Positions 25,090 through 33,732 are shown, numbered from the stretch's first letter. The stretch is 47,482 bases of DNA from Armatimonadota bacterium (GCA_046540615.1 JBKHFA010000002.1:1-47482), one strand, 5' to 3'. Notes: generated from the letters alone by a model not told the origin. Made by a program: numbers and translations.

Positions 25090-26668
25090 GCTCCTCAGCC
25101 GCCTCCTCCGCCTCATCCCGCAACACGATCGCGCCGGTCGGGCATGCCTCCGCGCACTCCACTGCCGCCCGCCGCAGTCCCTCCGCGATCGTTGCGCCGA
25201 GCGGGACCGCTGTCCGCACGTCGAAGCCCCGTCCGACGAACGTCAGTCCGAGTTCGTCCTCGTACTGCCGGGCAATCTCCACGCAGAGACCGCACGCGAC
25301 GCATTTCCCCGGCTCGAAGATGATCGCCGGGTGGGTGGCATCGCGGCGGAAGCGCCGGCGGTCTCCCGGATACACTCGCGTGCCGGCGTCATACTGCTCA
25401 CTGACCGCTCGCAGACGACAGTCACCGAGCGCGCGGCAGTCGCAATGCATGCATCGCAGACCCTCGCGCACGGCCTCCTCGTCGTTGAAGCCCGCGGTCT
25501 CGCCGCCGGACGGCTGCAGTCGCTCGTGCTCGCTGGCGTCGGCGGCCATCCGGGCCGCCTCATCAGGCCGCAGGCGCCCGAGATTCACGTTGAAGGGCCG
25601 CCGCTCGGCCGCGATCTGCTCGTCGCGAAGATACTGATCGATCGCCAGCGCCGCCTCGCGAGCTCCCGCGATTGCCCGCACCGCCAGCTTCGTTGGACTC
25701 TGCGCCGATCCCGCCACGAAGACGCCATCCAGCGGGCTCTCGTGACTCTGCTGATCGGCCTCCAGTCCGCGTCGCGCGTAAGCGAGCCCAAGCGCCTGCG
25801 CCGACTCTTCGTCGGTCTCGCCGATCGCCAGCAGCACCGCGTCGAACTCATCGCGCAACTCGTCCAGCGTCAGATCGATTCCCAGCCGCGTCTCGGCGCG
25901 CAGTTCCACGCCGAGGTCCAGGATCCTCGCTGCCTCCGCCTGCGTGACCTCCGGTGTGAGGTCCGTCGCGGCGATCTCCCGCAGGCCGCCACCCGGCGCG
26001 TCGCGCTCGTCGATCAGCGTCACCGCATGCCCGATCAGCCGCAGGTAGTACGTCGCGCTCAGGCCCGCAGGGCCTGCGCCAACGACGGCGACGCGCTTTC
26101 CGGTCGCCGATCCGGACTCAGGCCGCGTCGCTTTTCTGTCGGGGTCGCGATCGCCCACCCACCGCTTGAGGAGGCGGATTGCCACCGGCTCGTCGTGCGC
26201 TCCCCGTCGGCAGGTGGCCTCGCACGGAGCAGGGCAGATGCGTCCGAGGACAGCCGGCAGCGGGATGCGCGCGCGCACGGTCTCGACTGCTCCCGCGAGG
26301 TCGCCGGCGACGATCTGTCGGATCATCAGCGGAATGTTCATCCCCGCCGGACACGCAAGCTGGCAGGGACCGAGGCAGTCCCCGAGGTGATCCGAGAGGA
26401 GCAGCTCGAGCGCCATCCGCCGCGCCTCGCGGACCTCCGGGCACTCGCTCTCGACGACCATCCCGTCGCGAACCTTCGTCGCGCAGGATGGTCGGAGACG
26501 CTGGCCGCCGTCGATCCTGACCACGCACACCATGCACGAAGTCTGCGCGGGCAGACCCTCGCGATGGCACAGCGTGGGTATCTCCACGCCGATCTTCCTC
26601 CCGGCCTCGAGGATAGTCGCTTCCTCAGGCACCGTGACCGATTGTCCATCGATGGTGATCGTTGGCAT
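25043..26668 (-). CDS. 2Fe-2S / GltD-like FAD-NAD(P) oxidoreductase with C-terminal ferredoxin domain
   Basis: N-terminus MPTITIDGQSVTVPEEATILEAG...CHREGLPAQTSCMVCVV (NuoG/HydA-type 2Fe-2S). GltD small-subunit FeS region CLGPCQLACPAGMNIP...CPAPCEATCRRG. Dinucleotide fold VAVVGAGPAGLSA. C-terminal CMHCDCRALGDC, CVACGLCVEIA...CAEACPTGAI. Confidence 0.8.
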   Translation of the reverse strand: MPTITIDGQSVTVPEEATILEAGRKIGVEIPTLCHREGLPAQTSCMVCVVRIDGGQRLRPSCATKVRDGMVVESECPEVREARRMALELLLSDHLGDCLGPCQLACPAGMNIPLMIRQIVAGDLAGAVETVRARIPLPAVLGRICPAPCEATCRRGAHDEPVAIRLLKRWVGDRDPDRKATRPESGSATGKRVAVVGAGPAGLSATYYLRLIGHAVTLIDERDAPGGGLREIAATDLTPEVTQAEAARILDLGVELRAETRLGIDLTLDELRDEFDAVLLAIGETDEESAQALGLAYARRGLEADQQSHESPLDGVFVAGSAQSPTKLAVRAIAGAREAALAIDQYLRDEQIAAERRPFNVNLGRLRPDEAARMAADASEHERLQPSGGETAGFNDEEAVREGLRCMHCDCRALGDCRLRAVSEQYDAGTRVYPGDRRRFRRDATHPAIIFEPGKCVACGLCVEIARQYEDELGLTFVGRGFDVRTAVPLGATIAEGLRRAAVECAEACPTGAIVLRDEAEEAAEEHEHEDADSGGPDEGV

Positions 26669-26753
26669 TGTCAGCGATCAGCTTCCGGCGGCCGGCTACC
26701 AGCAACGGCGAGCGAACTCCGTCCAGCCTGCCGCCGATGCCTCTGCCGTGCCC

Positions 26754-26814
26754 TTTTCCCTCTTCACTTTTCCCTCTTCACTTTTCCCTCTTCACTTTTC
26801 CCTCTTCACTTCAC
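26754..26814. repeat. perfect 14-nt x4 tandem repeat (TTTTCCCTCTTCAC; GTGAAGAGGGAAAA on the coding strand) plus a partial unit
   Basis: Units at 26754-67, 26768-81, 26782-95 and 26796-809, then TTCAC. The array spans the stop codon (26792-94) of the NuoEF-like gene and most of the spacer before the next gene. Confidence 0.9.
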
Positions 26815-29179
26815 TTCGTACATCCACCGCATCCACGGGACACACATTCACACACGTCCCGCACTTCACGCAAAGCTCCTGATCGATCTCATGTACCTCG
26901 TGCGGACGCATCGGGATCGCATCCGCCGGGCATGCCTGCGAGCAGAGGGTGCAGCCGATGCAGTCGTCGTTGATCTCATAGCGGATCAGCGCTTTACACA
27001 CGCCCGCGGGGCAGCGCCCCTCGATGTGCGCTTCGTACTCGTCGCGGAAATACTCGAGCGTGGTCAGGACTGGATTCGGCGCGGTCCCCCCGAGGGCGCA
27101 AAGGCTCGTGTCCCGCACCATCGCACCGAGGTCTCTCAGCGTGTCGAGGTCGCCCGCTTCTCCCTCGCCGGTGGCGATGCGTTCGAGAATCTCCAGCATC
27201 CGCCTCGTTCCGATGCGGCAGGGCGTACATTTGCCGCATGACTCGCGCTGGGTGAACTCAAGGAAGTAACGCGCCACGTCCACCATGCAGTCGCTGTCGT
27301 CCAGCACCACGAAGCCGCCCGAGCCCATGATCGCCCCCAGGCTCGCCAGCGCCTCGTAGTCCACCGGCGTGTCGGCGAGACGCTCGGGGATACACCCGCC
27401 CGAGGGTCCGCCGATCTGCACCGCCTTGAACTCGCGGCCGTCGGCGACCCCGCCGCCGATCTCCTCCACGATCTCGCGGATCGTGATTCCCATCGGCACC
27501 TCGATCAACCCGCCGCGCTCGACCTTCCCCGCCAGCGCGAAGACCTTCGTCCCCCTGCTCTGCTCCGTGCCCATCGCGGCGAATTCCCCGGCGCCTTCGC
27601 GGATGATCCACGGGACGACCGCCCACGTCTCCACGTTGTTGATCAGCGTGGGCTTGCTCCACAGTCCGCTCTCCGCGGGGTAGGGCGGCCGGAGGCGCGG
27701 GGTTCCGCGATCGCCCTCGATCGAGGCGATCAGTGCGGATTCCTCGCCGCAGACGAATGCGCCTGCTCCCTCCCGGATTCCGAGGTGCAGGTCGAAGCCG
27801 CTGCCGAAAATATCCGCACCAAGGTAGCCCCGCCTCCTGCACTCCGCGATCGCATTCCACATGCGCTGCACGGCCAGCGGGTACTCAGCGCGGATGTAAA
27901 GCAGTCCGTCGTGGATTCCGGCCGCATACGCGCCGATGATCATCCCCTCAAGCACGCGGAAGGGGTAACTCTCAAGGATCATCCGGTCCATGAACGCGCC
28001 CGGATCCCCCTCATCGCCGTTGCAGATGATGAACTTCGGCTCGCCCTCTGCGTTCCTGACGGCTTCCCACTTGACCCCGGTGGGAAAGCCCGCCCCGCCT
28101 CGGCCGCGCAGGCCGGATTGCTTGATCGCCTCGATGACATCCTCCGGCTTCATTGTCAGCACGCGTTCGAGGGCCGCAAAGCCGCCGCCCTCGATGTACT
28201 CGTCAATGTCAAAGGGGTCGAGGCAGCCGCCAAACTCCGTCGCGACGTGGACCTGTCGGCCGAGGAAGTCGCACACCGGGGCATCGCGAACATCCAGTGC
28301 GTAACGCGTCACCGGCTTCCACGCGCGGTCGTCGAGCATGCGGTCAAGGGCCGACGTCACCGCGACCCGGACCCGCCTGAACCCCTTCGGCTCAAAGTGC
28401 CGCCTCACGATCCCTTCGGCGTCATCCGGCTGAACCTTCGCGTAGATATGCGGCTCCTCGCCCGGCAGCACAATCTCCACGAGAGGCGTCCGATGGCACA
28501 TCCCCACGCACCCGACCGGCTTAACCACCGCCGGAGCGCCGAGTTCGCGCACCGCCCGCTCGAGGGCCACGCGAACGTCCATGCTCCCGCCCGCAATGCA
28601 GCATGAGCCGATGCCGATGCGGATCTCCGCCAACCCGTCGGCGTGCCCCTCGACGGACTTCGGCTGAGGCGCGAGCAGGCCGCGGTCCTTGAGTGCGAGG
28701 AAGTCCTCGATCGCGTCGGAGACATTGTCCGTGGTGAGATGCCCGTAGGTCACCCCGTCGATCTGCATGACCGGCGCGAGGGTGCAGCACCCAAGGCACG
28801 CGACCTTCTCGATGGTGAACCTGCCGTCGGGGTCGGTGTCATCGTCAGCGGGAATCTGCAGGTGGCGCCGCGCCGCGTCGCTTACGCGATCGGCCCCCTT
28901 CACGTGGCATGCGGTGCCGTGGCAGACGCGGATGAGGTGCTCGCCGACCGGACGATGCCGGAACTGCGTGTAAAAGGTGGAGACGCCCTCGATCTGCGCG
29001 GGCGTGATCTCCGTCAACTCACAGACGCGCCTGAGCGCCTCGGGAGGCAGGTAGCGGTAGTGCGACTGCAGGCGCTGCAGGATCGGGATGACCGCCTCAC
29101 GCCTGCTGCCGGTCTCCTCCACCACGCGGTCCACGCAGGTCAGGTCGACCGCATCAGCCTGCTCGCGCGCGTCCCTCAC
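26792..29179 (-). CDS. NuoE-NuoF fusion (HydC+HydB / HymB-like NADH-binding FMN FeS flavoprotein)
   Basis: NuoE-type 2Fe-2S (CHGTACHVKGA...VACLGCCTLAPVMQIDG). Second thioredoxin-like FeS region (IGIGSCCIAGGS...VGCVGMCHRTPLVEI). NuoF FMN/NADH blocks (GLRGRGGAGFPTGVKW, ICNGDEGDPGAF), the N3 cluster motif ESCGKCTPCR, and two C-terminal 4Fe-4S motifs (CIGCTLCSQACP, CVKCGTCVNVCP). GTG start; exact start uncertain. Confidence 0.85.
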   Translation of the reverse strand: MRDAREQADAVDLTCVDRVVEETGSRREAVIPILQRLQSHYRYLPPEALRRVCELTEITPAQIEGVSTFYTQFRHRPVGEHLIRVCHGTACHVKGADRVSDAARRHLQIPADDDTDPDGRFTIEKVACLGCCTLAPVMQIDGVTYGHLTTDNVSDAIEDFLALKDRGLLAPQPKSVEGHADGLAEIRIGIGSCCIAGGSMDVRVALERAVRELGAPAVVKPVGCVGMCHRTPLVEIVLPGEEPHIYAKVQPDDAEGIVRRHFEPKGFRRVRVAVTSALDRMLDDRAWKPVTRYALDVRDAPVCDFLGRQVHVATEFGGCLDPFDIDEYIEGGGFAALERVLTMKPEDVIEAIKQSGLRGRGGAGFPTGVKWEAVRNAEGEPKFIICNGDEGDPGAFMDRMILESYPFRVLEGMIIGAYAAGIHDGLLYIRAEYPLAVQRMWNAIAECRRRGYLGADIFGSGFDLHLGIREGAGAFVCGEESALIASIEGDRGTPRLRPPYPAESGLWSKPTLINNVETWAVVPWIIREGAGEFAAMGTEQSRGTKVFALAGKVERGGLIEVPMGITIREIVEEIGGGVADGREFKAVQIGGPSGGCIPERLADTPVDYEALASLGAIMGSGGFVVLDDSDCMVDVARYFLEFTQRESCGKCTPCRIGTRRMLEILERIATGEGEAGDLDTLRDLGAMVRDTSLCALGGTAPNPVLTTLEYFRDEYEAHIEGRCPAGVCKALIRYEINDDCIGCTLCSQACPADAIPMRPHEVHEIDQELCVKCGTCVNVCPVDAVDVRSEVKREK

Positions 29180-29187
29180 CTCGGTGC

Positions 29188-31422
29188 TCAGAAGTCCACG
29201 TCCTTCGGCTCAGCGTCTTCTTCCTCGTCGGCGTCCTCGTCTTCGCGCCCCGCAGGTGTTTTTGCCGGCTCCTCCGGCCGATCGGCGGCGCTGCCGTCCG
29301 TCTCGGCCGGCGTCGTATCAAAGGGGCTACCCTCGGCGGGATCCTCGTCACCTTCATCATCGGTGGGCGCCTGCTGCTGCTCATCCGCCGGCTGAGATTC
29401 CGGTTCGCCGATGCGGTAGAGCGTAGTCTCCCCGCGGATGAACACGCTGCCATCGACGAAAGCAGGCGTGGCATCCGCCGGTTCGCCGAGCGACACGCTG
29501 CCGAGATGCTCAAACTCGCTGCCGGTCGCGAAGAAGTGCATGACCCCTTCGCGGTTCATCAGCCAGATGCGATCGCCGACGATGGTGGGGGAGGAGTAGT
29601 ACATCCCGTCCGGCAACTCCTCCTCCCAGACCGGCTCGCCGTCGGCCAGCGCGAAGCAACTCATCATCCCGAAGCTCGCCACCACGTAGACGTGTGTCCC
29701 GTCGCTGACCGGACTGGCGGTGTCCGGCATTGTGCCGGGAGCCTCCCACTGCACATGCGTCTCGGTCACATCGCCTTCGCCGTCGGGGCGGATCGCAACG
29801 AGGTCGGTCCCGTCATTGCATGCGATGACAAGGCCGCCGGCGTAGATGGGCGACGGTCCGACGTCGCCGAAGAGGACATCGGCCCGCCAGATCTCCTCGC
29901 CATCTTCGGGATCATACGCGATCACCCACGGGTCCGCGGCTGTGATGATCTGCGGCTCGCCGCGGTGCTCGATCACGATCGGCGTAGACCACGAGTTCGG
30001 CGTCTCACGCTCGGTCTCCCACACGCGCGAGCCGTCCTCGACGTTCAGGGCCACGATGCTCGACAGGTCGTCATCCGCCTCGCCCTGATCGAGCAGTACG
30101 ATCAACATGTCTTCGTACACCGTCAGCGAGGCCGCGTGACCGTACATGTTCTCCAGCGGTCCGGTCGCGCGCGTCCACAGCTCTTCTCCGTCGAAGTCGA
30201 ACGCCGCGATGTCGCCGTTGGCGAAGCTGGCGAAGACGCGCTCGCCATCGGTCGCCATCGTGGGCGCCGCGTAGCCGGTGTCAGCTTCAACATCCGGCGG
30301 CTCATCTTCTGCGCTCAGTGCGTTCACAACCGTCCGCATCCAGACCATCACGCCGCTCTCCGCGTCGTAGGCGTAGACCTGGCGCGTGTCCTCATTTGCA
30401 CCGGTGAGGAAGACGCGGTCGTTCCACACGAGCGGCGAGGACTTGCCCTGAAGCGTGATCGGGCTGCTCCAGGCGACATCCTCTCCGCTCTCGACGTCCC
30501 AGTCGGTCAGATAGTCGCCCTCGGGCGCGACCCCCGAGCCGTGAGGGCCGCGAAAGCGCGGCCAGTTGCGCTCGTACTCAAGCTCGGCGTCGGTCAGTTC
30601 CGCCGGCGCGCCGCCTGCTCCGGGAGGCCCGGGTGGTCCCGCTGGGCCGGGCGGTCCCTGCTCACCGGCAGGTCCTGCCGGCCCGGCAGGGCCGCGCGCA
30701 CCCGCTGGTCCCGGAGGCCCGGGAGCTCCGGGCTGTCCCGGTGCTCCCGCCTGTCCCTGCTCGCCCTGCGGCCCCGGAGGCCCCTGAGGACCGATCAGCG
30801 CCTGCCGCTCGGCCTCCGCCTCCGCCGCGAGGTCGGCCGCCTCCGCCGCCTCGACGTACTCCGCGACCGCGTCATGCCTCGCGAGCACCGCGAGAGTAAT
30901 CAGCAGTCCGCCAAGCACCAGCGCCATCACCAGCACAGATCGGCGCGCGAGCGCCGTCGCGAGGATCGGCTCCTCGACCGCGTCCGGGTTGGGCGTCGGT
31001 CCGGGAGAGGCGTAGACCGCCGCGTAGCGCACCGACAGCAGCAGCACCGCGATGCCGCCCAGCAGCATCAATGCGCCCTGCACCGCGAAGCGTCGCGTCC
31101 GGAAGTACTGCTCGCGCAACTGCTGGTCCAGCGAGCGGATCGTCTGCAGCGTTTCAATATCCGGTGCCCCGGGCTGACGATTCAACTCCGCTCGGAGCTG
31201 CTCGATCTGCGCGGGGGCGGTCGGATCGGCGCTGTGCGCCCGGATCAGATTCGCCATCATCAGCGCGAACACCGCGGCCACGAACACAGCGGACACGATG
31301 GCCAGCCGCGTCGCCAGCAGATAACGCCAGCCGTGACGCCTGCTGTCAGCCGATTCCGCGGCAGGCACGCTCTGACGGTCCACCGTCTGCTCTGAGTTGT
31401 TCCTGACCGTGTCCTCGCTCAT
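29188..31422 (-). CDS. membrane-anchored collagen-like-repeat / PQQ-like beta-propeller protein
   Basis: 744 aa. Three hydrophobic helices in aa 33-180, an Ala/Glu coil, then about 20 uninterrupted GXY triplets. This is followed by [11 protein letters not shown] and a beta-propeller with blades ([25 protein letters not shown] etc.). It ends in a 72-aa acidic tail. Confidence 0.8.
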   Translation of the reverse strand: MSEDTVRNNSEQTVDRQSVPAAESADSRRHGWRYLLATRLAIVSAVFVAAVFALMMANLIRAHSADPTAPAQIEQLRAELNRQPGAPDIETLQTIRSLDQQLREQYFRTRRFAVQGALMLLGGIAVLLLSVRYAAVYASPGPTPNPDAVEEPILATALARRSVLVMALVLGGLLITLAVLARHDAVAEYVEAAEAADLAAEAEAERQALIGPQGPPGPQGEQGQAGAPGQPGAPGPPGPAGARGPAGPAGPAGEQGPPGPAGPPGPPGAGGAPAELTDAELEYERNWPRFRGPHGSGVAPEGDYLTDWDVESGEDVAWSSPITLQGKSSPLVWNDRVFLTGANEDTRQVYAYDAESGVMVWMRTVVNALSAEDEPPDVEADTGYAAPTMATDGERVFASFANGDIAAFDFDGEELWTRATGPLENMYGHAASLTVYEDMLIVLLDQGEADDDLSSIVALNVEDGSRVWETERETPNSWSTPIVIEHRGEPQIITAADPWVIAYDPEDGEEIWRADVLFGDVGPSPIYAGGLVIACNDGTDLVAIRPDGEGDVTETHVQWEAPGTMPDTASPVSDGTHVYVVASFGMMSCFALADGEPVWEEELPDGMYYSSPTIVGDRIWLMNREGVMHFFATGSEFEHLGSVSLGEPADATPAFVDGSVFIRGETTLYRIGEPESQPADEQQQAPTDDEGDEDPAEGSPFDTTPAETDGSAADRPEEPAKTPAGREDEDADEEEDAEPKDVDF
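30613..30792 (-). repeat. collagen-like GXY triplet repeat coding region (aa ~211-270 of the 744-aa protein)
   Basis: [60 protein letters not shown] read directly from the translation. The DNA is a GGN-CCN-rich periodic tract. Confidence 0.85.
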
Positions 31423-32723
31423 TCTTTATTCCGAGTCGGGTACACCGACTTCCCGGCCTTCCGTGCCGTCTCGATGGGGCAGGAGGCGTAACACCGCCCG
31501 CATGACACGCAGCGCGCCGGGTCAACCTCGTAGTGCTCGCGTGTGCGCCGGAGGGAGACGGCGATGAGCTGCCAGGCCACGACCAGTCCGATGAACCCGC
31601 CCAGCACTGTGCTCCCCGTGTTGAACTGTCGCTTAATTTCGGCGGCTTCGCGGTAGAGCCCTCCCGTCGGCAGCCCCAGTTCATAGAACGCTTCGGACTG
31701 CTCCGTGGTGCCCTCAACGATGCCCTGCTCCTCAACAAAAACGCGCGCGGCGGTCTGCACCGTCTGATTCATCCCCGCAAGGTAGTCGCTGCCCATCTGC
31801 CCGAGCCATGCGCCGAGGCCGATCATGACCGGGAATGACAGAATGATCGCAGCCAACGTCCAGCGCCCGGTGGTCGGCGGCTTCGAGCGATCCTCGCTGG
31901 TCGGCGGCCGGATCGCGTTGTAAGGACAGGCATCCGCGCAGAGATGACAGTTGATGCACTGATCCCCACCGAGCTGCACGTGCCAGGCCGACAGCGGCGC
32001 CGTCACCCGGAAGAGCGCCGCCAGCGGGCAGAGATAGCGGCAGTAAGGCCGGCCGATGAAGACACCGATCAGCAGCAGGATGCCGCCTGCGATCAAGACG
32101 TGCGTAGGTCCGCCGAGCCTGAAGAACGCGACGTAAGGATCGTAGCGGCAGATCAAAAAACCGCTGTCCGTCCAGGCAAAGAGCGCGGCCACGCCGAGAT
32201 ACACGAAGGGAATGATCCCCAGCGGCCGCTCCAGCCACTCGGGGACGCGAAGCGGCTTGATCAGCGTCATCTCCTGCACCGCGCCCAGCGGACAGACGGC
32301 CGCGCAGAAGACGCGCCCGAATGCAAGCGCAACCAGCAGCGGCAGCAGGAAGAACAATCCCACCGTCACCGGGAGCGTGTACTCAGCCGGTCCGATCGCC
32401 AGCGCGACGTTTTGAATTGCGCCGATCGCGCAGATGCAGCCCTCGCGGTAGAAGCCGAAGTAAAGCAATGCGAAGGCGACCAGCAGGAATATGTACGTAC
32501 GCTTTTTCACGCGCAATGAAAGCCATGCCGCCATCCCCAGCGTCGCCGCCAGCACCGCGACGTCGATCCACTCAAAGAGCGTGTCGCGCGGAGACGGCGT
32601 GCGCACCTCGGGGAAGCGGTAGTCGAAGCTGAACTCAGGCGGAGGAAAGCGCTCGGCGGCAAGCGCCACCACGGGCGCCAGCACCGCAATCACAAGCAGC
32701 AGCGGCAGCACGCGGCGAATCAT
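31419..32723 (-). CDS. NapH/MauN/NosH-like integral-membrane polyferredoxin
   Basis: Multiple TM helices with membrane-proximal CxxxCP motifs ([26 protein letters not shown]) plus CICAIGA. Two 4Fe-4S motifs ([28 protein letters not shown]) are separated by two further hydrophobic helices. ATGA overlaps occur at both ends. Confidence 0.75.
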   Translation of the reverse strand: MIRRVLPLLLVIAVLAPVVALAAERFPPPEFSFDYRFPEVRTPSPRDTLFEWIDVAVLAATLGMAAWLSLRVKKRTYIFLLVAFALLYFGFYREGCICAIGAIQNVALAIGPAEYTLPVTVGLFFLLPLLVALAFGRVFCAAVCPLGAVQEMTLIKPLRVPEWLERPLGIIPFVYLGVAALFAWTDSGFLICRYDPYVAFFRLGGPTHVLIAGGILLLIGVFIGRPYCRYLCPLAALFRVTAPLSAWHVQLGGDQCINCHLCADACPYNAIRPPTSEDRSKPPTTGRWTLAAIILSFPVMIGLGAWLGQMGSDYLAGMNQTVQTAARVFVEEQGIVEGTTEQSEAFYELGLPTGGLYREAAEIKRQFNTGSTVLGGFIGLVVAWQLIAVSLRRTREHYEVDPARCVSCGRCYASCPIETARKAGKSVYPTRNKE

Positions 32724-33487
32724 ATCTGCGTTGTCCCCGGCTCGTTCGTCGACGTGTCCCCCTGACCGGGGGCGGGGAAGTCCGAATCCGGAGCGCCCTC
32801 AGAGGGCGACGCCTGATCGGGGCCGGCAGACTCTGGCGGCGATGCCGGCTCAGACGAGGGCTGCTGATATGCCCCATCGGTTGGACGAGACGCCGACTCG
32901 GCGCTCTCCTCTTCGTCATCCTCCTCCGCGAGCTTAATGCTGGGGAGCAGGTAGGGCTCATCCGCCGGCACGCGTACAAACGCGTCCGCCGGACACTGCG
33001 CGGCGATGGCGCACTCGTTGCAGTCAACGCAATAATTGTGACGTACCTGCATCACCAGTGAGCCGTTGCCGTATTGACGACAGCCCTCGACGCAGATCGC
33101 GCAACCTATGCACTTCGGCTCGTCGATCAGGTACTCGTAGTAAGGCTCCTCCACGAAGTTGCGTATGATCGCGTCGGTAGGGCAGCGCATGTTCTCCGCG
33201 GTCTCTTCGTCCCCGGGACGCACTTCGGCGAAGAATCCGAAGCAGAAGTCGCAGAAGCCGCAGATCTCCACGTCGTGCACACACCGCGCCGCCGAGGGTG
33301 TCAGAACGCAGGCGGTCGCGCAGTTGCCGCAGGCAATGCACTTCTCCGGATCGATCTGCCAGACGAGGTCGTCGCGTTCGCCTTTCGCGGCCACCGCGCC
33401 GACGCCGACGCCCAGTCCAAGAGCGCCGACCGCCCTCGCGACGGCCCGGAGAAAGCTTCTGCGGTCCATGCCGCGTTCGTCAGTCAT
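32720..33487 (-). CDS. TAT-exported NapG/MauM/NosG-like poly-[4Fe-4S] ferredoxin with low-complexity acidic tail
   Basis: Twin-arginine signal MDRRSFLRAVARAVGALGLGVGVGAVA. Four cluster motifs: CIACGNCATAC, CGFCDFC...CPTDAI, CIGCAICVEGC, CVDCNECAIAAQCPADAF. 69-aa Ser/Pro/Glu/Asp tail. Confidence 0.8.
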   Translation of the reverse strand: MTDERGMDRRSFLRAVARAVGALGLGVGVGAVAAKGERDDLVWQIDPEKCIACGNCATACVLTPSAARCVHDVEICGFCDFCFGFFAEVRPGDEETAENMRCPTDAIIRNFVEEPYYEYLIDEPKCIGCAICVEGCRQYGNGSLVMQVRHNYCVDCNECAIAAQCPADAFVRVPADEPYLLPSIKLAEEDDEEESAESASRPTDGAYQQPSSEPASPPESAGPDQASPSEGAPDSDFPAPGQGDTSTNEPGTTQI

Positions 33488-33732
33488 CAGCTACTCAGCG
33501 GCTCCTCACCGGTCGCCGGATAGGTCTCAGTGTCCGACTTCGGCCGTCTCTGCAGACGAACAATCCGTGCTTCAGATTCCTCGCAATCATCAAGCTCGGG
33601 ACATCCGCGGCAGGCGCCGTTGGTCCAGCACGGCTTCCCCGAGCCGAACGCGAGCCAGCCGGTGCCGCCGGCGAGCAACACTCCCGCGATCCCGCGCGCG
33701 GCGGATTTCAGAAAGTCGCGTCGGTCGCTCAT
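33487..33732 (-). CDS. 81-aa TAT-signal, Cys-rich small protein (novel; hidden inside the 178-aa track ORF)
   Basis: MSDRRDFLKSAARGIAGVLLAGGTGWLAFGSGKPCWTNGACRGCPELDDCEESE... has a twin-arginine motif plus an h-region, then C-x5-C-x2-C-x5-C. ATG 33732 overlaps the upstream TGA (ATGA). Its own TGA overlaps the next ATG (TGATG). The upstream 97 codons of the track ORF are Arg-rich and overlap the NHL gene. Confidence 0.6.
   Translation of the reverse strand: MSDRRDFLKSAARGIAGVLLAGGTGWLAFGSGKPCWTNGACRGCPELDDCEESEARIVRLQRRPKSDTETYPATGEEPLSS

Noticed and set aside
31419-33487. Periplasmic nitrate reductase (napGH), clade II nos (nosGH) or methylamine dehydrogenase (mauMN) operon
   Set aside because: No NapA/NapB/NapC, no NosZ (no cupredoxin/CuA or CuZ propeller protein), no NosDFYL, no MauA/MauB-type subunits and no c-type cytochromes are encoded nearby. 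The propellers are BamB/PQQ_2-like of ~400 aa without redox-cofactor motifs that I can see.
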